Positions 10,064 through 19,224 of a DNA stretch of 64,000 nucleotides are shown here, piece after piece. Below the pieces are notes generated by a model, which had not been told where the DNA came from, did not search any database, and saw only the letters and a program-made list of their open reading frames with translations. Position numbers and translations under genes: made by a program. Source of the DNA: a virus; IMG/VR virus record IMGVR_UViG_3300028597_000007. One strand, given 5' to 3'. Each line of letters begins with the position of its first letter. The first letter of the stretch is position 1.

Positions 10064-10906
10064 TCAGGCCTGGATGACAGGCTCGTCGAAGTGGAGAGTC
10101 AGATCACCCGTCAAGCCGATGCTGTAGGTGTCGCTCAGACGCACCTTGATGAAGAAGTCGTACTTGGTGTTGGAGATGTCCGGGTTATCCCGGCAAAGAC
10201 CAACAGCGGTCACCTCAGCGCCTTGTAGACTGTATCGCCCACTACCGGTCAGCAGCCATGGGTCGTTAGTCTGGAAAGCCAGTACATCGCGGATGATCGA
10301 CAACTGGTCGGTGCCGACCACAATGTCCTTCAACTGATTGTAGGACGTCGACATGTTGCGCCAGTACGAATAGATCTGGGCATAAGGTCGAGTGGTGGTT
10401 GGCGATGGATAGTTCAGGCCATTGAGGCGGGTGTTCTTCAGGTAGTCGCCCAGGATCAGGCCACCTGTACGAGTACCCACCATGGTCGAGCCAATCCACG
10501 CCAAACTGGTTGGGACGGCGTCCAGTTGGATCGGGGTACCTACAACCTTTTCTTCCGTGGTGAGGTCACGAACAACAATGTCCTCGGCGGTAAAGACCGT
10601 GCCGAAGCGTTTGTTCATGGCATCGATGATATCCTTGGTGGTGTTGAGTTCCTTCACTGGAACAATCAACTCGACTTGGGTAGCCAGGTCGGACAAGGGG
10701 TTACGGTGATAGCGGAGGGTCATTTCGCCAGCGTAAGCCGACTGCTGGTTCTTCGCCGTGATTTTGATGGACGTATTGAGCAGCCCCACCGCCGGAGTTA
10801 CCTCGGCAGGAGCAGACCAGACGTACTCGGCGACAACCAGGTCGAGTTTGTTCAGGCGGTTGATCGAATCCACCATCACATCCATCGAGGGTTTGTAAAG
10901 CGCCAT
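10064..10906 (-). CDS. virion structural paralog
   Basis: YAGEMTLRYHRNPL, LNGLNYP, GDLTLHFD. Confidence 0.7.
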   Translation of the reverse strand: MALYKPSMDVMVDSINRLNKLDLVVAEYVWSAPAEVTPAVGLLNTSIKITAKNQQSAYAGEMTLRYHRNPLSDLATQVELIVPVKELNTTKDIIDAMNKRFGTVFTAEDIVVRDLTTEEKVVGTPIQLDAVPTSLAWIGSTMVGTRTGGLILGDYLKNTRLNGLNYPSPTTTRPYAQIYSYWRNMSTSYNQLKDIVVGTDQLSIIRDVLAFQTNDPWLLTGSGRYSLQGAEVTAVGLCRDNPDISNTKYDFFIKVRLSDTYSIGLTGDLTLHFDEPVIQA

Positions 10907-10918
10907 AGACTTGCCCTT

Positions 10919-11755
10919 TTAGGAAATGACGTTGTAATGGAAGTAGGCCTTGCCTGCATAAGGCAAAACCTGACCGATAGGTTGCTTGTCCTCGATCACC
11001 TGAATAAGGACACGGTCGTAATCCTTGTTGGCCTCGGGCACCTCCGACGTTGGGTAGTCGTACACCGGGTTCCAGTAGCCTTGCGGCCAGTTGGAGAAAC
11101 CGAAGCCAGCCATCAGCGCACGCATCCCGTTCGGGTTGTTCAGGATGGCGGCGTACGGGTGCCTACGAATGGCGTCGTAATGCTCGGACCAATCGCGCGA
11201 ATAAGTGAACAGCGTGATCGGTGTCTTCGCCAGCGTGGTTGTCTTTTGGCCGGGGTGCAGGTGCACATCCAAGTCAGAGATCTGGATAGCCTCCGACAAC
11301 TGGATGCGACGCCGAGTAAACTGGACACTGAACTTACCAATGTAGGACAGTGAGGTGGTTAAGGCGATGAGAGGGATGTTGACTTCCTCGTTCTCGCCGA
11401 GCCAGCTGTAGTCAACCTGGTCGAAGTCGTCCGCATCCAACTGGAGCCCAAGCTCCTGGCTGATATAAGGGAGCATCGAGTGCAGGTTACCGTTACTCAA
11501 CCCCGTGATACGCGGACGATATTCGCCGAAGGCACTGGTCAGGTCCATCCGTTCATATTGAACAGGGACCATGCCCTCGTACGCAGAATCGGGCACGGGG
11601 ATGACGGTGCTAGTCACCAGGGTCGGAAGGGGCCCCTGGACAAACTTAGGCGTGGTGAAGATTACATCGTCCGGGTTCAACGGGGAGGGAAGAACGTTCT
11701 GTTGATTGATAAGATCAACCAAAACGTCCTTGCCCTTTCCAGGGACAAGGATCAT
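10919..11755 (-). CDS. virion structural paralog
   Basis: YEGMVPVQYERMDL, GKAYFHYN; start at MILVPG behind an aggaga RBS. Confidence 0.7.
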   Translation of the reverse strand: MILVPGKGKDVLVDLINQQNVLPSPLNPDDVIFTTPKFVQGPLPTLVTSTVIPVPDSAYEGMVPVQYERMDLTSAFGEYRPRITGLSNGNLHSMLPYISQELGLQLDADDFDQVDYSWLGENEEVNIPLIALTTSLSYIGKFSVQFTRRRIQLSEAIQISDLDVHLHPGQKTTTLAKTPITLFTYSRDWSEHYDAIRRHPYAAILNNPNGMRALMAGFGFSNWPQGYWNPVYDYPTSEVPEANKDYDRVLIQVIEDKQPIGQVLPYAGKAYFHYNVIS

Positions 11756-11851
11756 TTTTCTCTCCTGAAACCGTGGTCTGAAGGGAAGGAATGCGTGCGG
11801 TGGGCAAAACATTCACATAGGATTAGACCATAGTAAAATAATGGATGGGCG

Positions 11852-11882
11852 GCATAAAAGCGAGTGGCCTCACGGCCACTCA
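11852..11882. terminator. hairpin with GCATA flank
   Basis: gcataaaagc-gagtggcc-tcac-ggccactc. Confidence 0.6.
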
Positions 11883-11909
11883 CTCTCAGCCACTCAGGGT
11901 TGCTTGGCC

Positions 11910-12461
11910 TTAGGCGGCCGGCGCTACCGGGTAGTTCAGACCGCTCAGGGTGGTTACGGTGATGACCTGGGCCAGTGGGATGTCCTCGGACTGCAGGGTC
12001 AGAGTGAGCGATTCCAAGAACACGTAGGAGTCGGCATGAGCCGGGATCTGAATGGTCTTGGTTTCGTTCGGGGTACCTGCCCAGGAACCGATGTCGCCAT
12101 CGACGTAGTCCTTGTCGGTCAGGTTGATACCCAGAGCAGTGTTGATCTCTGGGATCAGATCCTTGTACTTCTCGGCGTCGCCGATCGGAAGGATCAGGTC
12201 ACCCTGGATACCGGCGGCGGCGATGAAGCCGTCGAGGGCCAGGCGGTTGTAGGTCACGGTAACGGCACCGGTATAACCGGAATCCGGCAGGGCGGTCACT
12301 TCCAATGTGGTGTTGGCAACCGGGTTTTGACCGGCTGCTGCAACGGGTACGCCCAGGCCCATCACCGCGCTGGAGATGGTCTTGCCAGGGTTATCGTAGT
12401 TGATGAGGTCGAAGATGATCTCTTCGGGAGCCTTTTTGAAATCACTGACATGTCCAGCCAT
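11910..12461 (-). CDS. virion structural paralog (N-domain only)
   Basis: YTGAVTVTYNRLAL, LSGLNYP. Confidence 0.7.
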   Translation of the reverse strand: MAGHVSDFKKAPEEIIFDLINYDNPGKTISSAVMGLGVPVAAAGQNPVANTTLEVTALPDSGYTGAVTVTYNRLALDGFIAAAGIQGDLILPIGDAEKYKDLIPEINTALGINLTDKDYVDGDIGSWAGTPNETKTIQIPAHADSYVFLESLTLTLQSEDIPLAQVITVTTLSGLNYPVAPAA

Positions 12462-12514
12462 GTGGCACCTGTGCTCGCGATGTGTGTGGTTGGGGTTTAT
12501 AAGGGCCTAAGTAA

Positions 12515-12545
12515 AAGACCACATACCATAGTAAGGTTATAGATA
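12515..12545 (-). promoter_or_regulatory. possible late (nvRNAP-type, TATG) promoter for the structural operon
   Basis: minus strand ctatggtatgtgg in AT-rich divergent gap; similar TATG sites at 11816-11819 and 17169-17172; phiKZ late promoters have a TATG core. Confidence 0.3.
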
Positions 12546-12562
12546 ACGTTAGGAGCACAAAA

Positions 12563-13231
12563 ATGCAGGGGCTATTTGTAACGCTGGAGGCCACAGAGGG
12601 GGCTGGGAAGGGTACCTCTCGCGGGTTCCTCGACGACTGCTTTAAAGCGGCTGGGAGAACCACTACGCTGACTCGTGAACCAGGTGGCACGCCACTGGCG
12701 GAACGAATTCGGGAGCTACTGCTAGCTCCCAGTGACGAGACCATGTGTACCAATACTGAGCTATTGCTCATGTTTGGTTCTCGCATGCAGCATGTGGAGA
12801 AGGTCATTCTCCCACGGATGGCCAAAGGCTCTGTGGTGCTCTGTGAGCGGTTCACGGACAGCACCTATGCGTATCAGCACTATGCGCGGGGATTGTCTAA
12901 GGAGTTTATTGACGGCCTTGTGGCACTATTCAATCCACCGGTACCTGACTACACCTTTATTCTGGACATTGATCCAGAGATCGGCATGCGTCGGGCAAGT
13001 GCTCGTGGGCAACTGGACCGCATTGAACAGGAGAAGATGGACTTCTTCCACAGGGCCCGTAACGGTTTTCTGACACGAGCCAAGGAAGATACTTCAGGAC
13101 GTTTCCGAATTGTGGACGCCACTCCACCGATTCCAGAAGTACGCAAGCAGTATCTTGACCACCTGTTGAATGACAACTTAATTACACCAGAGGCAGCGGC
13201 CCTGGTAAGGGAGAAGTACGATGTCGCATGA
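12563..13231 (+). CDS. tmk: thymidylate kinase
   Basis: EATEGAGKGT P-loop, TREPGGT, ERFTDSTYAYQ. Confidence 0.95.
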   Translation: MQGLFVTLEATEGAGKGTSRGFLDDCFKAAGRTTTLTREPGGTPLAERIRELLLAPSDETMCTNTELLLMFGSRMQHVEKVILPRMAKGSVVLCERFTDSTYAYQHYARGLSKEFIDGLVALFNPPVPDYTFILDIDPEIGMRRASARGQLDRIEQEKMDFFHRARNGFLTRAKEDTSGRFRIVDATPPIPEVRKQYLDHLLNDNLITPEAAALVREKYDVA

Positions 13232-14558
13232 AGGCAATGAAAAGCTGAACGAAATCCTGGGTGGTCTGCTGACCAGTTATCAAGGTCTGCAAGCTATGGC
13301 AGATGTACAGCGTGATGAGTTCATGGCGGAGATCACCGACGAAACCGGCAAGATCGACCTGGTCAAACTGACCGCCCGTACCGATCGCCTTCGAGCCGAA
13401 CGATCAGCGCAAGAGCAACAAAAACACCCCTACGAACTGAACCCGGTGGACTTTGTCAACAACCCGACCCATCGTGCGGATATTCTCGCAGGGCTTGAAG
13501 GGTTCCTGAAACTGGACTACACGCAGGGGCATGATCCGGTGGCTGAAAATCCAGCCGAAGCAGCCAAGTCCTGGATTCGTCAGGTTCTCGCTTGGGCTAC
13601 TTGCAGCAAGGGCTACCAGGAGCAGATCGAAAGCTTCACCTCCAGCACTGAAGAAACCAACATTGCCGAGAAACTCGGTCGTGGGTTGGTCAAGCCGGAG
13701 GTAACCTACGATGACGATGTCAACATCATCAAGCGTGTCCAAGAGGTGCTCGACGCAGCTCTGGAAGGTAACGATTACCACGAACTCAAGAATGCGGCTG
13801 AAACTGCTCGCGAGTTTGTAAAGGACGTTCTCGTCATGGTCACCAGTGTCCGACATAACACGAAGCCCGTGCTGGACCTGAAGAAGATCGTTGAGATCAT
13901 GCGTGATTGGGTTGAGGCAGAAAGCCTGGCTAGCCATGTGAAGTTCGACATGGCCAACATGATCGAGTCCCTGGACAAGATCATTGCTCAGCACATTGGT
14001 GAAGACGTTCCAGTCGCCGTCGATGCCCAGGTGACCACCGAGTCGCGCACGGTTCACTCGCTTGGCGCAGTAATGTCGGCGGCCAATGACCACCCGCTGG
14101 ATATCGACCAGACAGCACTGAAAGAAGTGGCACTGTGGCTGAACTCGATCGTTGCCAACAACCCAGGCTTCCACAACCTAGGTAAGGAAGGTTACATCAT
14201 TGTACCTAGCTCCAACAATCTACCAGGCAATGTTGTCGACTCCGTTCGTGGTTACCTGATCTCCTATGGTCAAGGCGAGCACATGGCATCGGAACTGCGC
14301 TCTCAGGCAGCGGTGCGTGGTGACCTGTCCATCAACCACATGCCTGAATGGTTTGCCACTACCTGGGGCCATACCTCCAAGGGCGGCTTTGCTGCGCTGA
14401 TGTACCACACCATGACCCAAGTGGCGGCTCAGGAAAAACCGAAGACGGTCCACATCAGCAGCGCTGAGTTGGGCAAGTTGGAAGAAGCCATCCGCAACGA
14501 TCAACCCTTCGCTCTCGTTGACTACATCAAGAGCGCCACCAAGAGCGACGTGAAATGA
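13221..14558 (+). CDS. hypothetical protein (445 aa, helical/acidic)
   Basis: long ORF overlapping both neighbours by a few nt. Confidence 0.75.
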   Translation: MSHEGNEKLNEILGGLLTSYQGLQAMADVQRDEFMAEITDETGKIDLVKLTARTDRLRAERSAQEQQKHPYELNPVDFVNNPTHRADILAGLEGFLKLDYTQGHDPVAENPAEAAKSWIRQVLAWATCSKGYQEQIESFTSSTEETNIAEKLGRGLVKPEVTYDDDVNIIKRVQEVLDAALEGNDYHELKNAAETAREFVKDVLVMVTSVRHNTKPVLDLKKIVEIMRDWVEAESLASHVKFDMANMIESLDKIIAQHIGEDVPVAVDAQVTTESRTVHSLGAVMSAANDHPLDIDQTALKEVALWLNSIVANNPGFHNLGKEGYIIVPSSNNLPGNVVDSVRGYLISYGQGEHMASELRSQAAVRGDLSINHMPEWFATTWGHTSKGGFAALMYHTMTQVAAQEKPKTVHISSAELGKLEEAIRNDQPFALVDYIKSATKSDVK

Positions 14559-15250
14559 CCGAACGTAAAATCTGCTGCATCCTCGCCATCAACAAGAAAG
14601 GCGTGATCGGCCACAATGGTAAGTTGCCGTGGCATCTACCAGACGACCTGGCGCGTTTTAAGCGCATCGTGTCGGGCAACACCATGGTCATCGGCCTGCG
14701 CACCCACGAGTCCATTCAGGAGTTTCGCGGGGCGGCCGTGCGCACCCATGACCGAAAGGTCAAGGAAGCCTGGGATAACTTCGATAAGGTCAAAGTAGAG
14801 ATCATTGCTGCTGGCCACTCGGAAGCCAAGCAGAAGCGCCTGATTCAACAGGCACAGTTCCGCTGCGACCAATCCTTGGGGCTGATCGATCCGGTGTACT
14901 TCCCGCACTCGCTACCCAACCGCTTGACCATCGTGGTTTCGACCACCATGGTGGAGCCTAGCAGCAACCCCAACATTCGCGTAGCGCGCTCCCCCGAAGA
15001 AGCGATCGCCATTTGGCAGCGCGAGGGCAAGGGCAATCTGTACGTGGCTGGCGGCGCCAAGCTGTACGAGGCGTTCTGGGACAAGATGGAACTGCTGCAC
15101 CTGACCATCGTCGAAAACGAAGTTGATGGTGACACCAAGTTCCCGTTCGAACTCCAGGGCGCCGAGTGGCGGCAGTTAGCCAAACAGACCATGCGCGACG
15201 ACAAGGAAAACATCACCCACGTATTCCACGTGCTGGCCAAGAAGGTGTAA
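14555..15250 (+). CDS. folA: dihydrofolate reductase with large insertion
   Basis: VIGHNGKLPWHLPDDLARFK, LPNR, YVAGGAKLY, GDTKFP. Confidence 0.9.
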   Translation: MTERKICCILAINKKGVIGHNGKLPWHLPDDLARFKRIVSGNTMVIGLRTHESIQEFRGAAVRTHDRKVKEAWDNFDKVKVEIIAAGHSEAKQKRLIQQAQFRCDQSLGLIDPVYFPHSLPNRLTIVVSTTMVEPSSNPNIRVARSPEEAIAIWQREGKGNLYVAGGAKLYEAFWDKMELLHLTIVENEVDGDTKFPFELQGAEWRQLAKQTMRDDKENITHVFHVLAKKV

Positions 15251-15252
15251 CA

Positions 15253-15627
15253 ATGAAGCTATGGACAATCCAGCTCGGGCAGTGGCGAGTGGCTAAGGAA
15301 AGAAATATCCCCATGGTCAACACCACGGTGATGTCTGGGTTGTCCTGGCTTGCACCGACCTGGGAGATGGTAAAAGGCCACAAGGCACGTGTAATTAGTG
15401 ACGCCGAATACATCGTGCAATACGTTCCAATGATGGTGCTGTCGCAACACATTAATCGAGAAGAGTGGCTGTCTCTTGTCCGAATGGAAGAGGTAGCCGT
15501 TGCCTGCTATTGTAAAGTTGGCGACTTCTGTCACCGCAAACTCTTGATTGAGATATTCAAAGAGTTCTGCGAACAAGAGGGCATTGAGTTTACCTACATG
15601 GGTGAACTTACAAAGGGGGCATCATGA
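15253..15627 (+). CDS. DUF488-like protein
   Basis: LAPTWEM...VAVACYCKVGDFCHRKLL. Confidence 0.55.
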   Translation: MKLWTIQLGQWRVAKERNIPMVNTTVMSGLSWLAPTWEMVKGHKARVISDAEYIVQYVPMMVLSQHINREEWLSLVRMEEVAVACYCKVGDFCHRKLLIEIFKEFCEQEGIEFTYMGELTKGAS

Positions 15628-16175
15628 GCAACCACTACGCTTATCAAACGCACAAGCTTTATCGCGGGCTTGTGTGTGACATTGTTCACTCTCTGCGTGA
15701 GGGTGAATGGGAATGCGAGAAGGAGTTGATGGATGCGATGCACCCCATTCCTTCTGGTGTATCGGATCTGTGCATTCACTTTGCGGTAACCAAATTTGGT
15801 GCCCTTGAGCTGATTGCTACTAGTGCCGATGACACCGTAGCCCGTTGGCTCCTGGATGCGGCCTGCACCCATATCGACATCAGCCGCAATTCCATCATGT
15901 CCATTGGCCGACTGCAGAACACGTTCGAGCGCTTCTGGGACACATACATCTCCAAGTGTACTCGCATTGACATGCATCATAAACGCCGCGGGGCACATGC
16001 GCCGATCATGAACAGTCGTGTCTACTTTGCCGACCAAGTAATCAAGTCATGGCTGAACAATGGTTGCATTGACATTGTTGTCCAGCCTGGCGAGATCCGT
16101 ATCGGCAATCAAGCCTACCACACCAACCGGTCGTGGCGTCGTAACGTGCGGGAGCTGATGGGACAGGATGTGTGA
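15624..16175 (+). CDS. hypothetical protein
   Basis: coupled ORF (ATGA overlap). Confidence 0.65.
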   Translation: MSNHYAYQTHKLYRGLVCDIVHSLREGEWECEKELMDAMHPIPSGVSDLCIHFAVTKFGALELIATSADDTVARWLLDAACTHIDISRNSIMSIGRLQNTFERFWDTYISKCTRIDMHHKRRGAHAPIMNSRVYFADQVIKSWLNNGCIDIVVQPGEIRIGNQAYHTNRSWRRNVRELMGQDV

Positions 16176-16596
16176 GATGACACCTATCAACTCTGTGCTG
16201 GAAGAGCTGGTCAACGATGTTGGTCTGGCTCTGGGTATGGAATGGCGCTACAAGTATCAACCGCACTATGAAGATCCGTCCTCTGGTTTGGAGATCGAGT
16301 TGTCTGTCTATGGCATCCTGATTCACCATCACCACAAGAACGCTACTCCAGAAGTTGTGGCGTATGGCATTTCCGATAAGCGTCACCCCGTGGACTGGGA
16401 AGTGTTGAAGGCAGGGCTTGTCTTCTTCTATCGACTGATCGGCCAGCATGTGCTGCCCCCAGTGGTTACCCAGCAACCATGTGGACTTACCAAGTTTGCC
16501 GTGGGGATGACCAAGGCAGTGCTGCAAGGTGTTCAAGACCAGCGGGTGGTTGTGATGTCGTTTAAGGATGGCGTCAATGATGTGAAGTTGCGATAA
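16168..16596 (+). CDS. hypothetical protein
   Basis: coupled ORF ending at a hairpin. Confidence 0.65.
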   Translation: MCEMTPINSVLEELVNDVGLALGMEWRYKYQPHYEDPSSGLEIELSVYGILIHHHHKNATPEVVAYGISDKRHPVDWEVLKAGLVFFYRLIGQHVLPPVVTQQPCGLTKFAVGMTKAVLQGVQDQRVVVMSFKDGVNDVKLR

Positions 16597-16597
16597 G

Positions 16598-16639
16598 GGC
16601 ATACTCTCCGCCCCCGTAGGAGCGGAGAGCACTTATGCC
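16598..16639. terminator. GCATA/TATGC-family hairpin between convergent genes
   Basis: ggcata-ctctccgc...gcggagag-cacttatgcc. Confidence 0.8.
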
Positions 16640-17148
16640 GGCAGTGGGTAATTCAGACCGCCCAACTGGCGGACTTGGATGATCTCGGACAGGTCGATCA
16701 GTTGGGGTCTGAGGACTTCTGTCAGGATCTCTCCTTTGTAGTACATGGAATCAGGCGATGCACGGACGGCGATGATTGCCTCATTGTCCTCCCAAGTGAT
16801 CGGGTCGTCAATAAGATCTGCTTCTGTGACGTTCATTCCGTAGTTGATCTGTAGGGCTGGGATCAGATCATGAACGGAGTCGGCACGAGTCTGCAAGGAC
16901 AGGTGTTCGATGCCGAGGTAAGTGGAGAAGATCCACTCAAGGTCAATCTTGTCGAAAGTGGCTACCACGCTGCCGGTGTACTTCTTGGGGATCAACGAGG
17001 TGATGGTGACTGCCGTGTCTCCTACACGCTCTGGGTCATCATTGACCCGTGGTTCGCCGACGTGTAGGTCGGCGTAAGGGATACTGAACTTACTCGCCTC
17101 AAAGACGATATCGAGCAATATCTCCTTATGTGGTTTTAGCGTCGGCAT
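16633..17148 (-). CDS. virion structural paralog (N-domain only), isolated copy
   Basis: YTGSVVATFDKIDL, LGGLNYP; aggagg RBS before MPTLK. Confidence 0.7.
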   Translation of the reverse strand: MPTLKPHKEILLDIVFEASKFSIPYADLHVGEPRVNDDPERVGDTAVTITSLIPKKYTGSVVATFDKIDLEWIFSTYLGIEHLSLQTRADSVHDLIPALQINYGMNVTEADLIDDPITWEDNEAIIAVRASPDSMYYKGEILTEVLRPQLIDLSEIIQVRQLGGLNYPLPA

Positions 17149-17233
17149 GGCGACCTCCTGAGTGTGTGCATACCATTCTTCAACCACCACGCTCTGGAGA
17201 CAATCTATCAGACCTCACATACGGAGCAATACC

Positions 17234-17884
17234 ATGGCTTTCCTTTCTGACAACTCCATTACCCGACGCTGCCTTATCCCCGACACCAACTTCGTCGGTG
17301 AAACCACCAAGTGGCTACCCGGCATGATCGAGCCGTTCTACGCACAATCGGTCAAATCAGAAATGCGCGAAGTGGGCGATGTGCGCATTCCAGTTGACGT
17401 GTTCTCGTATGGTCTGTCCAGCTACGGCTACGACGTGCGGTTGGCCGATGGTCTGGAGATCTTCACCAACATCAACAATGTCAGCGGCGACGCCAAGCGA
17501 CCAGATAAGGGTAACAAGGTCAAGGCCGAGATCCTGACCGACGAATGGGGCGGTCGCTTTGCATGGTTGCCTGCCGGTGGCTTCATGTTGGGCCACACCG
17601 TGGAATACTTCCGCATCCCACGCGACATCATTGTCATCTGCCTGGGCAAGTCCAGCTACGCCCGCGAAGGCATCATCGTCAACGTGACCCCACTGGAACC
17701 GGAATGGGAAGGTCAGGTGGTCATCGAGATCTCTAACACCTCGGGTGTGCCGCAGAAGATCTACGTCGACGAGGGCATCAGCCAGTTCCTGTTCGGTCTG
17801 GGTGACGAAGTTTGCTCCGTGTCCTACAAGGATCGTGGCGGCAAGTATCAGGGCCAACTCGGTATCACTCACGCAAAGGTGTAA
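17234..17884 (+). CDS. dcd: dCTP deaminase
   Basis: [41 protein letters not shown]. Confidence 0.95.
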   Translation: MAFLSDNSITRRCLIPDTNFVGETTKWLPGMIEPFYAQSVKSEMREVGDVRIPVDVFSYGLSSYGYDVRLADGLEIFTNINNVSGDAKRPDKGNKVKAEILTDEWGGRFAWLPAGGFMLGHTVEYFRIPRDIIVICLGKSSYAREGIIVNVTPLEPEWEGQVVIEISNTSGVPQKIYVDEGISQFLFGLGDEVCSVSYKDRGGKYQGQLGITHAKV

Positions 17885-17886
17885 TT

Positions 17887-18129
17887 ATGGCAGGGTTTGA
17901 AATGTCCAGACTGCAACTTAGCGAAGGGCGTGCAAATGCTCTGACCATTGGTATTGGTGACGACAAGGTCGACGTGGTCCTTACCGATGTTACCCCGCCC
18001 GACATCGAAGAGCGCATTCGCAAGCGCTTCGAGCAGAAGGGAGGTACTGCGGCAGAGCTTGCTCTCTGGATGCAGGGCTGTAACTGGGGGTTGACCATGC
18101 GTAAGAAGACACTGTCTCTGGGGGTTTGA
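17887..18129 (+). CDS. hypothetical protein
   Basis: short ORF packed between genes. Confidence 0.55.
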   Translation: MAGFEMSRLQLSEGRANALTIGIGDDKVDVVLTDVTPPDIEERIRKRFEQKGGTAAELALWMQGCNWGLTMRKKTLSLGV

Positions 18130-18130
18130 A

Positions 18131-18637
18131 ATGCGTGCTGAAGATCCGTGGTTGGTTTGTCGTTATTCCCCGATGCAGATTGATGGAGCGATCTACTTCG
18201 TTACTGCTGTGAGTCTGCCGGCTGGTCAGTTGCGTCGTGACAAGATGCCGCAGCTTGTGACCTACGTTGATCCCCGCACTGGTGTTGAGTACACTCGCAC
18301 CAAAGAAGACTTCATGACTCGCGCCCACTATGCGGACTTGGACCAGGTTCAGGAGATTCTGGACTTCCTCAAGCCGCATCATTATCGAGCTGTGCAGATC
18401 TCGTCTGGTCACTCTGGTGTCATTCCGATCACCATGGTCATGAAGTCCTACCCCGATGCCCGCGGCCAATGTCTGACCTTCAACGATCGTGAGCTGATCA
18501 AGAAGTTCAGCGCAAACCTCGACCCACATGCCTGCTTCAATTCTATTGTGGTTGGGGCGCGGTTGTTGGAAGAGCATTCGGCCACTCGTTTTGTTCGCCT
18601 TGCCCGTATTCTGGGCGGCACTATTTGGAGCGTTTGA
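18131..18637 (+). CDS. hypothetical protein
   Basis: ORF packing. Confidence 0.6.
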   Translation: MRAEDPWLVCRYSPMQIDGAIYFVTAVSLPAGQLRRDKMPQLVTYVDPRTGVEYTRTKEDFMTRAHYADLDQVQEILDFLKPHHYRAVQISSGHSGVIPITMVMKSYPDARGQCLTFNDRELIKKFSANLDPHACFNSIVVGARLLEEHSATRFVRLARILGGTIWSV

Positions 18638-18638
18638 A

Positions 18639-18896
18639 ATGGTAATGCGTCAATGGCCAGCCAAGGTCAACTTCTCTATCACCTATCTGGTGGCCAATGG
18701 TCCTGAGGGTGTAGATGAAGGTGGTGAGTTTGCTACCGAGCATCTGACCGTCAATGTGGAAGCCCTGTGTGCTGACCATGCTCTGCGCAAGATCAAGGAT
18801 GAGTTCCTGAAGATCCATCCAGGTGCGGCCTTCAAGTTTGGCCCCGTGCTCTGGTATCCGGCAGAGCAGATTGGTAAGGTTGCATTAACCTTCTAA
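18639..18896 (+). CDS. hypothetical protein
   Basis: ORF packing. Confidence 0.6.
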   Translation: MVMRQWPAKVNFSITYLVANGPEGVDEGGEFATEHLTVNVEALCADHALRKIKDEFLKIHPGAAFKFGPVLWYPAEQIGKVALTF

Positions 18897-18939
18897 GGGC
18901 CTTGCTAGATGTATTAGCAGGAATTATAAGGATCGCACG

Positions 18940-19224
18940 ATGCGAACACTGATCGTGGGAGGGTTTGGAATGGCTCTGGCGAGGGCGCTTTTGCGCGAGG
19001 TCGCCATGCCTGTGGTTGAGTGCGATGCCGTGAGCGGCGTCGACTTCGACTATGAGGCCGACTATGAGCCTGGTTCCAAGTTCTCCCGACCATGTGCGGG
19101 GCTGTGTCGACCGGTACCTGCGCGCCTTCAACCGTACCGCACTGTAAAGGACAGTGTATGGACAGCTGGGGTCGCGCACAGTCCGAGAAGACCTTTTGAA
19201 CTCAAGGGTGTAACGCCGGCATAG
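18940..19224 (+). CDS. small hypothetical protein abutting the putative ncRNA
   Basis: aagga RBS; its TAG stop lies inside the 5' closing strand of the element. Confidence 0.5.
   Translation: MRTLIVGGFGMALARALLREVAMPVVECDAVSGVDFDYEADYEPGSKFSRPCAGLCRPVPARLQPYRTVKDSVWTAGVAHSPRRPFELKGVTPA

Noticed and set aside
277-12461. Diversity-generating retroelement acting on the tail paralogs
   Set aside because: No reverse transcriptase and no near-identical TR/VR pair with A-specific mismatches; the paralogs are anciently diverged.
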